This document shows positions 1 to 8,171 of a DNA stretch of 64,000 nt, in pieces. The position numbers and the translations under genes are program-made. The notes beneath the pieces were generated by a model. It saw only the letters and a program-made list of their open reading frames with translations. It was not told the DNA's origin and did not search any database. The stretch comes from Candidatus Woesearchaeota archaeon (lineage in GTDB: Archaea > Nanobdellota > Nanobdellia > Pacearchaeales > GW2011-AR1), in assembly GCA_964623495.1 (NCBI GenBank), contig CAZUTV010000001.1, forward strand, positions 116,454 to 180,453, in the 5' to 3' direction. The first letter of the stretch is position 1. Each line of letters opens with the position of its first letter.

Positions 1-1173
1 GAAACGCTCAGCAGAGAAGAAAAAACAGTTTTCAGCGTCAAAGGCACTTGCAAGACCACAAACCAAGAAACAACTTCTTTACTGACTTTCACCGGACTAG
101 GCGAAACATTCAGTACAGCATCAACCCTCCAGGAAAGATACGAAGAAAAAGGATCTGAATGGTGCAAATGGAAGCTTGAAAACCTTCTAAAAGAAAGGAA
201 AGAACTAGAAAATAGCTTTAATGAAGAATATGCAAGGTGGTTTTTTGAAGAATATCTGCCAAATTCTGCAGAGGACTGGGAAGGTAAAAAACAGGCAATA
301 GTTAAAATTCACCTCAAGAATATAGAAAACCAAATTGAAACGGCGAAAATGATGGAATGCGCAGGAATTAAAGAGCTATCAGAGTATAGCCTAATAAATA
401 TCAAATATGAGGCTGCTTTTGGCAGCTTAGAATATAACGAAAAAGTTGACGATGTTCGATTCGAAGGAATGACAAGGGATGTAAAAATAATCTCTCCTTC
501 ACTAAAGCTTGTGATAATTCCATCCAAAGAATTCATTAAAGAAGAGCTAAAAAAAGAGATGAATAACTATGATTTCCCGGGATCGATTGAATCAAAATCA
601 CAAAGAAAAAGAACAGGAGGCTTAACTTCAGAAGAACTTCAAATAATAAGGGATAATCCAGAACTGCTCGCTAAGATAAAAACGCTTGCTGAAGGCTACC
701 AGGATGGATACTTAAATGTCCAGATATCTATCACAGATAATGAAGAAATAATATATAATCTTTATGCCAAACTAAATTCAGAAGAGATAAAAGTACAGCC
801 CCTTCCTCCAAAGAATGTTCCAAAAAAAGATGTGGAGATAACAATTCCCTTTGAAAGCATTTATGAAGTTATAAAAAAAGGCATGGAAACTTCATATATA
901 ATTTATGCACCTTGGGATAAATCAATAAGACCTGTAGAAAAGGCAAAAACAATATCCAACCTAATAAGTGCCTGGTTAAAAACCAGAAGTATGATGTCTT
1001 CTATAGAAGTAAATCCTCCAAGGCTCGAAAGCAGCATAAAAGACCTGTTTAAGGAGATTTTCTTTGTTATCCAAGAAGACAAGACAAAAGACGAGATAAC
1101 CAAAACCACAGAAGAAAAACAGATTATAACCTGGGACTCTAAAGGCCAAGTAAGAGTAACCAATCTTAAATAA
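1..1173 (+). CDS. Hypothetical protein, 5' end truncated by the window edge (reading frame is open from position 1 into ORF 349..1173)
   Basis: Frame 1 translates without stops from nt 1 into the 274-aa ORF. No recognisable motifs. Confidence 0.4.
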   Translation, partial: ETLSREEKTVFSVKGTCKTTNQETTSLLTFTGLGETFSTASTLQERYEEKGSEWCKWKLENLLKERKELENSFNEEYARWFFEEYLPNSAEDWEGKKQAIVKIHLKNIENQIETAKMMECAGIKELSEYSLINIKYEAAFGSLEYNEKVDDVRFEGMTRDVKIISPSLKLVIIPSKEFIKEELKKEMNNYDFPGSIESKSQRKRTGGLTSEELQIIRDNPELLAKIKTLAEGYQDGYLNVQISITDNEEIIYNLYAKLNSEEIKVQPLPPKNVPKKDVEITIPFESIYEVIKKGMETSYIIYAPWDKSIRPVEKAKTISNLISAWLKTRSMMSSIEVNPPRLESSIKDLFKEIFFVIQEDKTKDEITKTTEEKQIITWDSKGQVRVTNLK

Positions 1174-1402
1174 GGGAGATATCCGACGAGACAAATAGCT
1201 TTTTTTGGATAGAAATATTTAAAAACGTCGGGTTTTTAAATGGATTATATAAAAAACGAGGGAGAAAAAGGACAAGGTCCTAAAAACCAAGATGGAGGAG
1301 GATATTGATCCTCAAAAAAATAAAAGTCCGGAAGAGGATGACGATTTAGACCAAGAGTTTGATTTTCTGGATGAATAATTTCTTATTTTTATTTTTAATG
1401 TT

Positions 1403-2320
1403 TCATTTTTTTATTTCTAGTTTAATTTCATTATTGCTCTTATCAAGTTCATCTTGGGTGTGATTAATGAATAAGGTTAGCTGATTAACGCTAAGTTTTG
1501 GAACAAATAGATTAGTAAGGCTTATCACCCTCCCATAACCTGCTTCCATAGAGCCAATCTCAAATTCCTTAATCTTCTTGCTATCAGCATAAACCTCAAT
1601 TATGGCGTTGGAAGATTGTCTTAATCCATTATTTCTTACGCTAAAATTCAAATCAAGATATTTTCCTTTCATAAATGCAGAAGCGTCTTCAAAGCTAAGA
1701 TCAGAAAGACTAGAAATTGAGTAAAGGCTATAAAGAGTTTGTATTGTAGAGGAGCTTATTTCCTGGTCACATTTGCTTACATTATACATTATGTCCCAAG
1801 GATCATTAACATGATCAAACCCAAGCACATGCAAAAGCTCGTGGATGGCGACATTTGGCTGTGGGCAAGATGATTCTTTAAATAATAGTATTTTCCCGCT
1901 AAAAATAACATTGAATCTGCCAGATTTTGTTATGTTGACTGGGCCTCCTTCTCCAGCAACAAAAAAGCCCTCTTCTATCTTAGTATTGCTGTCGCAAAGA
2001 ACAGAAATCTGCTCAAAATTTTCGACTGGAAAAAATCTTAGGAGGGTTTTGCTCTCAATTAAATCAAAAGCTCTTTCCATGTCGTCTTTCTTTTGCAGAG
2101 TGCATGACTCTTCAATCCTATAGGAAATCTTGGAATCTGGAAACCTCATATTTTGATAGAATTGGCTTCCCGAACTGCTTGAATTTTCAGGAGATTTTTT
2201 ATAGGGGTAAAATTCGGTGTTTGAAAAAGGAATAAACCAGTAAAAAACCAATAAAATAATCACTAACAAAAAAAACAGAAAGCTAAGAAAAAATTTGGCG
2301 TTCATAAGATAGAACAACAA
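1403..2320 (-). CDS. Membrane-anchored zinc metalloprotease (HExxHxxGxxH metzincin-like motif HELLHVLGFDH) with C-terminal CARDB-like domain
   Basis: N-terminal hydrophobic TM segment. HELLHVLGFDHVND zinc-binding motif. C-terminal segment NFSVRNNGLRQSSNAIIEVYADSKKIKEFEIGSMEAGYGRV...NNEIKLEI resembles a CARDB adhesion domain. Confidence 0.55.
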   Translation of the reverse strand: MLFYLMNAKFFLSFLFFLLVIILLVFYWFIPFSNTEFYPYKKSPENSSSSGSQFYQNMRFPDSKISYRIEESCTLQKKDDMERAFDLIESKTLLRFFPVENFEQISVLCDSNTKIEEGFFVAGEGGPVNITKSGRFNVIFSGKILLFKESSCPQPNVAIHELLHVLGFDHVNDPWDIMYNVSKCDQEISSSTIQTLYSLYSISSLSDLSFEDASAFMKGKYLDLNFSVRNNGLRQSSNAIIEVYADSKKIKEFEIGSMEAGYGRVISLTNLFVPKLSVNQLTLFINHTQDELDKSNNEIKLEIKK

Positions 2321-2367
2321 AAAGATTATATAAACTTATTGCAAAAAGAAAAGGAAAAAAGAAGATT

Positions 2368-2517
2368 AATATTCGTCTTCATCCCAGGATTTCTTGCCGC
2401 GACTTTCTTCTTCATCTTCAGGATCTTCGTCCATGTCTTCGTCATCTTCATCCCAAGATTTTTCGGACTCATCTTCTTCTTCGTTCATTTCTTCTTCGGA
2501 TTTTTTCTTCGCCATTT
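2368..2517 (-). CDS. Small (49 aa) highly acidic protein, MAKKKSEEEMNEEEDESEKSWDEDDEDMDEDPEDEEESRGKKSWDEDEY. Not in ORF track (<60 aa)
   Basis: Manual reverse-strand translation gives an ATG..TAA ORF with a repeated SWDED motif. The plus-strand ORFs over the same DNA (2339..2654) are Ser/Phe low-complexity and less gene-like. Confidence 0.3.
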
Positions 2518-2642
2518 TTTTAAAATCGAATCACCCCAGTTTAATTACGCAAACCAAGATTAGAGGCCTTTTAAAACTTTTCGGCCCTTATTTACCACTA
2601 ATTCATCAACAGCAAGGTTTTTATATAAAAAAATATCAGGGG

Positions 2643-3593
2643 CTAGCACCCTAACTTTTCCTCGGTTATATATTCATAAGCAGAATAAGCGGCAGTGCAG
2701 CCATCTGCCACTCCAGTAATTAACTGCTTGAAGGGCTTGTCCGTAACATCTCCGGCAGCATAGATTCCAGGAACATTAGTCTCTGACGTTTTATGGTCAA
2801 TCACAATTTCAGATTTGCCATTAAGTTTAACCCCAAGAGGCTTTGCTAAATCTGAAATAGCAATATGCCCTATTGACACATATAATCCTTCCAACAGCAA
2901 TTCTTTGTGCCCCCTATATGGCTTGTCTAAAACTATGCTTTTAAGAAATCTCTCTCCTTTTACTTCGAGAATATTGGTGTTGTTTATTATCTCAATTTTC
3001 TTGTTTTTATTTATCTTCTCTAAATTAATTGGCTCTGCTCGCAGTTTATCCCCTCTATAAATAAGATAAACTTTCTTAGCATGCTCTGCAGCAATTAGGG
3101 CGTCTATGGCAGCAGTATCCCCTCCCCCAACCACTGCAACAATTTTTTCTTTGTACAATGGTCCATCACACAAAGCACAATAGCTTATTCCTCTCCCTTC
3201 AAGTTCTTTGCTTCCCGGAACCTCTAATTTTCGCCATTTTGTTCCTGTAGCAAACAAAATTGTCTTAGCCCCATAATCACCCTTGCTGGTTTTTATCTTG
3301 AAACATTTCTTGTCTCTTTTAATCTCCTCAACTTTTTCTTCTTTAACTGTCACAAGACCATAAGATTTGGCATGATCTGCAATTTGTTTTGAAAGATACA
3401 ATCCCGAAGTAATCTTAAATCCCGGATAATTTTCAACTACTTTAGTTGTTGTGATAACCCCCCCTATCGGAAGTTCTGTGCCATGAGAATGCCCAAAAAC
3501 AACGGTTTTAAGCTTAAGCCTTGCAGCATACATCGCTGCAGCTAGTCCGGTTCCTCCTGCCCCAATTACTGCAAAATCATATTTATCGGCCAT
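2643..3593 (-). CDS. trxB: Thioredoxin-disulfide reductase
   Basis: FAD motif VIGAGGTGLAAAMYAAR, redox-active CALCDG, NAD(P) motif VVGGGDTA, C-terminal GIYAAGDV. Confidence 0.85.
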   Translation of the reverse strand: MADKYDFAVIGAGGTGLAAAMYAARLKLKTVVFGHSHGTELPIGGVITTTKVVENYPGFKITSGLYLSKQIADHAKSYGLVTVKEEKVEEIKRDKKCFKIKTSKGDYGAKTILFATGTKWRKLEVPGSKELEGRGISYCALCDGPLYKEKIVAVVGGGDTAAIDALIAAEHAKKVYLIYRGDKLRAEPINLEKINKNKKIEIINNTNILEVKGERFLKSIVLDKPYRGHKELLLEGLYVSIGHIAISDLAKPLGVKLNGKSEIVIDHKTSETNVPGIYAAGDVTDKPFKQLITGVADGCTAAYSAYEYITEEKLGC

Positions 3594-3642
3594 AGTTAAG
3601 GATAAGAAAAACTTTATATAAAAAGTTTTGGATTAAAAAGTC

Positions 3643-4554
3643 TTACCTCTCTCTACGCCTTGCGGCATCTCTTCTCTGATCAGCATCATAAGAATTAACG
3701 GGTGCTCTTGGCATTTTGGAATAAATAGCCGCCACCCCAACTCTTCTAACATGGCCCCTATCTAGATCTGGTTTTTTAATTTCTTTTACAGGAATTTCAT
3801 CTCTTTTAGGGGAATCTCTTTGAATAGTCATTCTCTCAAAAAAATCTTCAGCACCAGGAAGCTCTAAAGCATGATTCCACCACACATCACCTTGAATTTT
3901 CCCATTTCTTAAATCAGCTAGTAACCTTAAATTCTCTTCATAAACGCCTTGATCAGAATAAAATCCAAGCAAATCTGCATCAATATGCTTATAAGTTTGG
4001 GGCATTCCACGCTGATAATGTCTACCCAATCTGAAAATCAAAGCAGCACAGGGTTTCTCAAGAGAAAAAGAATCCATATCCCTAGAATGATGAACCATCA
4101 TCTCATATTTATTATTCAAGACATAATTCCCCTCTGGAGTCTTGTGCAGATTTCCGTTATAAAATGCTCGTGATCTCCTTAAACACATCCCGGGATGAGT
4201 TGCTTCTTCTAACACCAAATCAACACAGACTCCTCCAGGAAAAACAAAATGGACATTTGGGGGCTCAAGTAAAAAAGAATAATCTCCATCAAAAGCTCTG
4301 ACAACCGGGAAAACAATTCCGGGATCATCAGAACTTAATCCAAAAAAATAATCAAGCGGATAACCTCCAACATTAAAATCAACTTTAAGATCAAACCTTC
4401 TTCTGCATCTTAATTCTAATCCAGAGTCTTCGTTTCTAATAGTTACAAAATTAAGATCCTCGCTTCTTCCAACATAAGTGTTATTAAGAATTATCTGCCC
4501 GGGAGCAAATTGCCCATTAGCATCAGCGACAATTCCCATAGTTAAAATAAGCAA
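3643..4554 (-). CDS. Hypothetical protein with predicted signal peptide; GC content locally elevated
   Basis: Long ORF; N-terminal hydrophobic segment MLILTMGIVADA. No family recognised. Codon and GC usage differ from neighbours. Confidence 0.4.
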   Translation of the reverse strand: MLILTMGIVADANGQFAPGQIILNNTYVGRSEDLNFVTIRNEDSGLELRCRRRFDLKVDFNVGGYPLDYFFGLSSDDPGIVFPVVRAFDGDYSFLLEPPNVHFVFPGGVCVDLVLEEATHPGMCLRRSRAFYNGNLHKTPEGNYVLNNKYEMMVHHSRDMDSFSLEKPCAALIFRLGRHYQRGMPQTYKHIDADLLGFYSDQGVYEENLRLLADLRNGKIQGDVWWNHALELPGAEDFFERMTIQRDSPKRDEIPVKEIKKPDLDRGHVRRVGVAAIYSKMPRAPVNSYDADQRRDAARRRER

Positions 4555-4631
4555 AAGGAATTTTTAAATATATTTATGGAGCAAAATTCGTTATAAGCAA
4601 CATACTTAAACCAAAAAAACAAAGAATAAAT

Positions 4632-5183
4632 GTGGACACCATATCACACGGACTTTGGGCAATTGTTTTAGTAAAGGGGTTTTTCAAAAAGACCAGCCTC
4701 TGGCTTAGTTTTTTATTTGGAATTCTCCCAGACATAATCCCTTTTGGAATTCCTTTCATTCAAATGGTTTTTTCTGGATTTTCTTTTTCAAGAGATCATG
4801 CTCCGCAATTTGTTCCAGGATATACTCATTTTTTATATAATTTTACGCATAGCTTAATTATAGTTCTGCTGGTTTTTCTAGCAGTATATTTATTCAAAAA
4901 AAAGATCTACTTTTTTATGCTTGGCTGGCCACTGCATATTTTAATAGACATTCCTACACACTCCAAGGAGTTTTTCCCAACACCTTTCTTATACCCTCTA
5001 GCAAGCGTTTCAATAGATGGAATTAGCTGGGGGAATCCATACATATTCTTCACAAATTGGATTTTGTTGATAATACTGCTTGTTGTTGTATTCAGAAAAG
5101 AAATAAAGGAAAAAATAAAACACGCCCACGCCGGGAGTCGAACCCGGATCGCATCCGCGACAGGGATGAGTCATAGCCGCTAG
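4632..5183 (+). CDS. Polytopic membrane protein (hypothetical); annotated 3' end reads into the antisense tRNA-Asp
   Basis: Multiple hydrophobic helices. The last ~20 codons overlap the tRNA on the opposite strand, so the true C-terminus is uncertain. Confidence 0.4.
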   Translation: MDTISHGLWAIVLVKGFFKKTSLWLSFLFGILPDIIPFGIPFIQMVFSGFSFSRDHAPQFVPGYTHFLYNFTHSLIIVLLVFLAVYLFKKKIYFFMLGWPLHILIDIPTHSKEFFPTPFLYPLASVSIDGISWGNPYIFFTNWILLIILLVVVFRKEIKEKIKHAHAGSRTRIASATGMSHSR

Positions 5184-5194
5184 ACCACGTAGGC
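5122..5194 (-). tRNA. tRNA-Asp (anticodon GTC), 73 nt, CCA not encoded
   Basis: Reverse complement GCCTACG-TG-GTC..GAC-T-CATCC-CTGTCGC-GGATG-CGAT-CCGGG-TTCGACT-CCCGG-CGTGGGC-G folds as a cloverleaf with a 7-bp acceptor (one G-U pair), GTC anticodon in a 7-nt loop and a GTTCGACTCC T-loop. Confidence 0.8.
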
Positions 5195-5239
5195 TTTTGT
5201 TTTGCCGGGTGGACTTTAGCAGAATCCGCAGATTCTAGC

Positions 5240-5254
5240 CTAGACCACGTAGGC
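5240..5254 (-). repeat. 15-nt exact direct repeat (ctagaccacgtaggc) of the 5' end of tRNA-Asp, 46 nt upstream of the tRNA (tRNA orientation), preceded by a TTTATA TATA-like box
   Basis: Identical 15-mer at 5180..5194 and 5240..5254. The upstream copy lacks D/anticodon/T arms, so it is not a second tRNA. Confidence 0.6.
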
Positions 5255-5334
5255 GCACCCTATAAAATACAAAACTTCATTTTTAAAGCTTACTCCTCAA
5301 AAACATTTATTAAACCAAATGGCTAAGTAGTTAT

Positions 5335-5877
5335 ATGAAAAAGAGGGGTTCTATTCAAAAAGTTGAATCAAAATATCTCCCGGAAATTGTCTATGGAGGA
5401 ATTGATGGCGCTGTGACAACTTTCGCAGTTGTCTCTGGCGCAATAGGCGCTTCATTAAGCTCTGCTGTTGTCCTAATCCTAGGATTTGCAAATCTTATTG
5501 GGGATGGATTTTCAATGTCAATATCAAACTACCTATCCACAAAATCAGAAAAAGAGCTCCATCCAAGGCACAGATGCAGCATCGATAAGAACCCAACAAA
5601 AACAGCCTGGGCAACATTCCTCTCTTTTTTAATAATAGGCTTTATTCCCCTGCTTTCATTTGTGATCGCTGCTGTGCTAAAAAATAAGTACCTTGCATCA
5701 AACCAGTTCATTTTCTCTTTTATATTAACTGGAATCGCACTAGCTATTGTCGGATTATTTAAAGGAGAAATCACAGGAAAGCACCCGGTAAGATCTTCAA
5801 TTGAAACACTAATAATAGGCGGAATTGCGGCAGCACTTGCATTTGGGGTCGGATTTTTTGTTAAATCAATATTATAG
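5335..5877 (+). CDS. VIT1/CCC1-family (DUF125) iron/manganese transporter
   Basis: YGGIDGAVTTFAVVSGAIGA signature and multiple TM helices. Confidence 0.7.
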   Translation: MKKRGSIQKVESKYLPEIVYGGIDGAVTTFAVVSGAIGASLSSAVVLILGFANLIGDGFSMSISNYLSTKSEKELHPRHRCSIDKNPTKTAWATFLSFLIIGFIPLLSFVIAAVLKNKYLASNQFIFSFILTGIALAIVGLFKGEITGKHPVRSSIETLIIGGIAAALAFGVGFFVKSIL

Positions 5878-5950
5878 AATAAGAAGAAAGACCCTCACCC
5901 CTTCTTTTCTCGTTTTTAAAAACAAAGGATGAAAAAATCTTTGATTTTTT

Positions 5951-7414
5951 CTACTTTTTCTTCTTTTTGCTAATTTTTTTCTTTGGCTTCTTTATCTTTG
6001 CAGTCTTCTTTTTCGGAGGAGGTGCAAGTTTCTTCTTAAAGCTCTCTGGCTTAATTTCAGTTTTCTTTGGCTCTGTCTTTTTTACTTCAATCTTCTTAGA
6101 TTTTATTTCTTTATGCTGGCCAAGCCTGGGCAGCATTGAAGTTTTAGGTTTTATTTCTTTGAACCCGGTATACTTCCAAAGAACAGGAGGAATCTTAATG
6201 CTTCCGTCTTTTTGCTGGAAGTTTTCCATTAAAGCAACTAAACCCCTAGAAGTTGCGATAACTGTGTTATTCAAGGTGTGTGCAAAATACCTCTCTCCTT
6301 TACTCTCAAACTTAATGTTAAGTCTTCTTGCCTGTGCATCTGTAAGATTTGAGCAAGAGCCAACCTCATAATACTCGTTCTTTACAGGGCTCCAGGCCTC
6401 AATATCTACCTGCCTGTTTTTTAAATCACCAAGATCTCCTGAGCACATTTCCAGAACCCTCACAGGTATTCCAAGCTTAGAAAAAAAATCAGTAGTAATC
6501 TCAACCATTCTTTCAAACCATTTTTCAGACTCGCCGGGAGAGCAAATGACTATCATCTCCTGTTTATTAAACTGATGTGTTCTAAAAAGCCCCTTCTCCT
6601 CAATTCCATGAGATCCAACCTCCCTTCTAAAACACATAGAATAGGCTGTTTGAAGCATAGGAAGATCTCTTTCATTAATGGTTTTATTAATAAACTGCCC
6701 TATAAGTGAATGCTCGCTGGTTCCTATCAAATATAAGTCCTCATCTTGAACTTTGTAAATCATAGAGTCTAACTCGGAAAAGCTCACAACGCCATCGACA
6801 ATCTCCTTCCTTATCATCAAAGGAGGTTCTACATACTGAAATCCCTGCTTAACCATATACTCTCTAGCAAAATTGATTAAAGCCTGATTCAAAATAGCCA
6901 AATCCCCTTTCAAGTAATAAAATCCTTTTCCAGACACTTCTGCAGAAATATCAAAATCCAGAATTCCAAGACTTTCTCCAAGCTCAATATGATTTCGGGG
7001 TTTAAAATCAAACTTTCTAGGTACCCCAAATTTCTTAAGCTCAACATTTTCCTTTGAATCTTTTCCAGAAGGAACATGCGGATGTATTATATTGGGGATT
7101 AGCATCAATGAAAGCCTCAATTCACCCTCAAGCTGCTTTCTCTTTTCTTCAATTTTCTCAATCTGCCCGGGAATTTTCTTAGCCATAGCAAGCTCTTTGC
7201 TTACATCTTTCTTCTCTTTCTTAAGCTGGTTGATTGCGAGGGAAATTTTGTTTCTGCTGGCTCTCAAACTATCTTCCTCGTGCTTAAGTTTTCTCCATTC
7301 TTCATCAAGCTTCTTTGCTTTGTCAACAAGAAAAAGCTTTTCATCCTGAAACTTCTTTTTTATATTATCTTTAACTAATTCCGGATTTTCACGTATAAGC
7401 TTTATATCAATCAT
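5951..7414 (-). CDS. serS: Seryl-tRNA synthetase with unusual ~60-aa Lys/Pro-rich C-terminal tail
   Basis: N-terminal coiled-coil MIDIKLIRENPELVK, class II motifs FRREVGSHG and NNTVIATSR. C-terminus KKIEVKKTEPKK...KKKISKKKKK. Confidence 0.9.
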   Translation of the reverse strand: MIDIKLIRENPELVKDNIKKKFQDEKLFLVDKAKKLDEEWRKLKHEEDSLRASRNKISLAINQLKKEKKDVSKELAMAKKIPGQIEKIEEKRKQLEGELRLSLMLIPNIIHPHVPSGKDSKENVELKKFGVPRKFDFKPRNHIELGESLGILDFDISAEVSGKGFYYLKGDLAILNQALINFAREYMVKQGFQYVEPPLMIRKEIVDGVVSFSELDSMIYKVQDEDLYLIGTSEHSLIGQFINKTINERDLPMLQTAYSMCFRREVGSHGIEEKGLFRTHQFNKQEMIVICSPGESEKWFERMVEITTDFFSKLGIPVRVLEMCSGDLGDLKNRQVDIEAWSPVKNEYYEVGSCSNLTDAQARRLNIKFESKGERYFAHTLNNTVIATSRGLVALMENFQQKDGSIKIPPVLWKYTGFKEIKPKTSMLPRLGQHKEIKSKKIEVKKTEPKKTEIKPESFKKKLAPPPKKKTAKIKKPKKKISKKKKK

Positions 7415-7490
7415 TTTATATAAAAAACAAGAGCATATTTAAATTTAATCTCTTCCAAACTTTTAAAAAAGAAAGATTCTTTTATTTAAC

Positions 7491-8117
7491 ATGGGGATAG
7501 AGGTACTAGCGCAGGCATATAGCTCAATACTTTCAAGTATTCCTTTATGGGCTCAAAAAGCAATTAATTTGCTCTTTCTTATAATGCTGGTTGTGATATA
7601 TGCTGTATTCATTTGGAAGCTCCACAGATTTGTAGCCAAGAAAAATATCTTAGAATTAAATTTAAACAAATACAACACTTCAGAACATCCAATCCTATCA
7701 AAATTCTTTGGGTTCTTATTATACTCTTTAGAATATCTCATAATTTTCCCGATATTAATCTTCTTCTGGTTCTGTGTATTTGGGGTTTTTTTGATCCTAA
7801 TGACCCAAAATATTGAAGTAAGCAACATAATCATTCTAACAGCAACAATAGTTGGCGCAATAAGAGTAATTTCATACCTTCCAAAATTCGGAGAAGCGCT
7901 AGCAAAAGAAATTGCAAAGCTCCTTCCATTAACACTATTAGCAATAGCAATGATAACCCCAAATTTCTTTGACTTTTCAAGGATAATACAAAATCTCAGT
8001 GAGATCCCAGAGTTTGTGGGGGAGATAGCGGCATACCTCGTATTCATACTGGCATTAGAAACAATCTTAAGATTAATCGACTCAATAGCTTCTGCCTGGA
8101 GACCGGAAAAATCTTAG
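7491..8117 (+). CDS. Polytopic membrane protein (hypothetical)
   Basis: Five to six hydrophobic helices. No motif recognised. Confidence 0.4.
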   Translation: MGIEVLAQAYSSILSSIPLWAQKAINLLFLIMLVVIYAVFIWKLHRFVAKKNILELNLNKYNTSEHPILSKFFGFLLYSLEYLIIFPILIFFWFCVFGVFLILMTQNIEVSNIIILTATIVGAIRVISYLPKFGEALAKEIAKLLPLTLLAIAMITPNFFDFSRIIQNLSEIPEFVGEIAAYLVFILALETILRLIDSIASAWRPEKS

Positions 8118-8171
8118 CCTAATTTATCCATATAATTTTTAAACCAAGGCACCCTATTAATAAAATAAAAG

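Noticed and set aside
2339-2654. Plus-strand ORFs 2339..2563 and 2394..2654 (Phe- and Ser-rich)
   Set aside because: Pure low-complexity translations (poly-S, poly-F). The minus-strand acidic 49-aa ORF over the same DNA is more gene-like. Neither is certain.
3643-4554. Integrase or other mobile-element gene adjacent to tRNA-Asp
   Set aside because: The neighbouring 303-aa protein has no R..H..R..Y tyrosine-recombinase or serine-recombinase signature by eye. No transposase motifs (DDE) were seen anywhere in the window.
5196-5260. Possibility that the upstream 15-nt repeat is part of a second tRNA, a split tRNA half or an intron-containing tRNA
   Set aside because: No T-arm (GTTCRANYC) or acceptor complement could be found for the upstream copy on either strand. 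Only the D-arm/acceptor 5' strand is duplicated.
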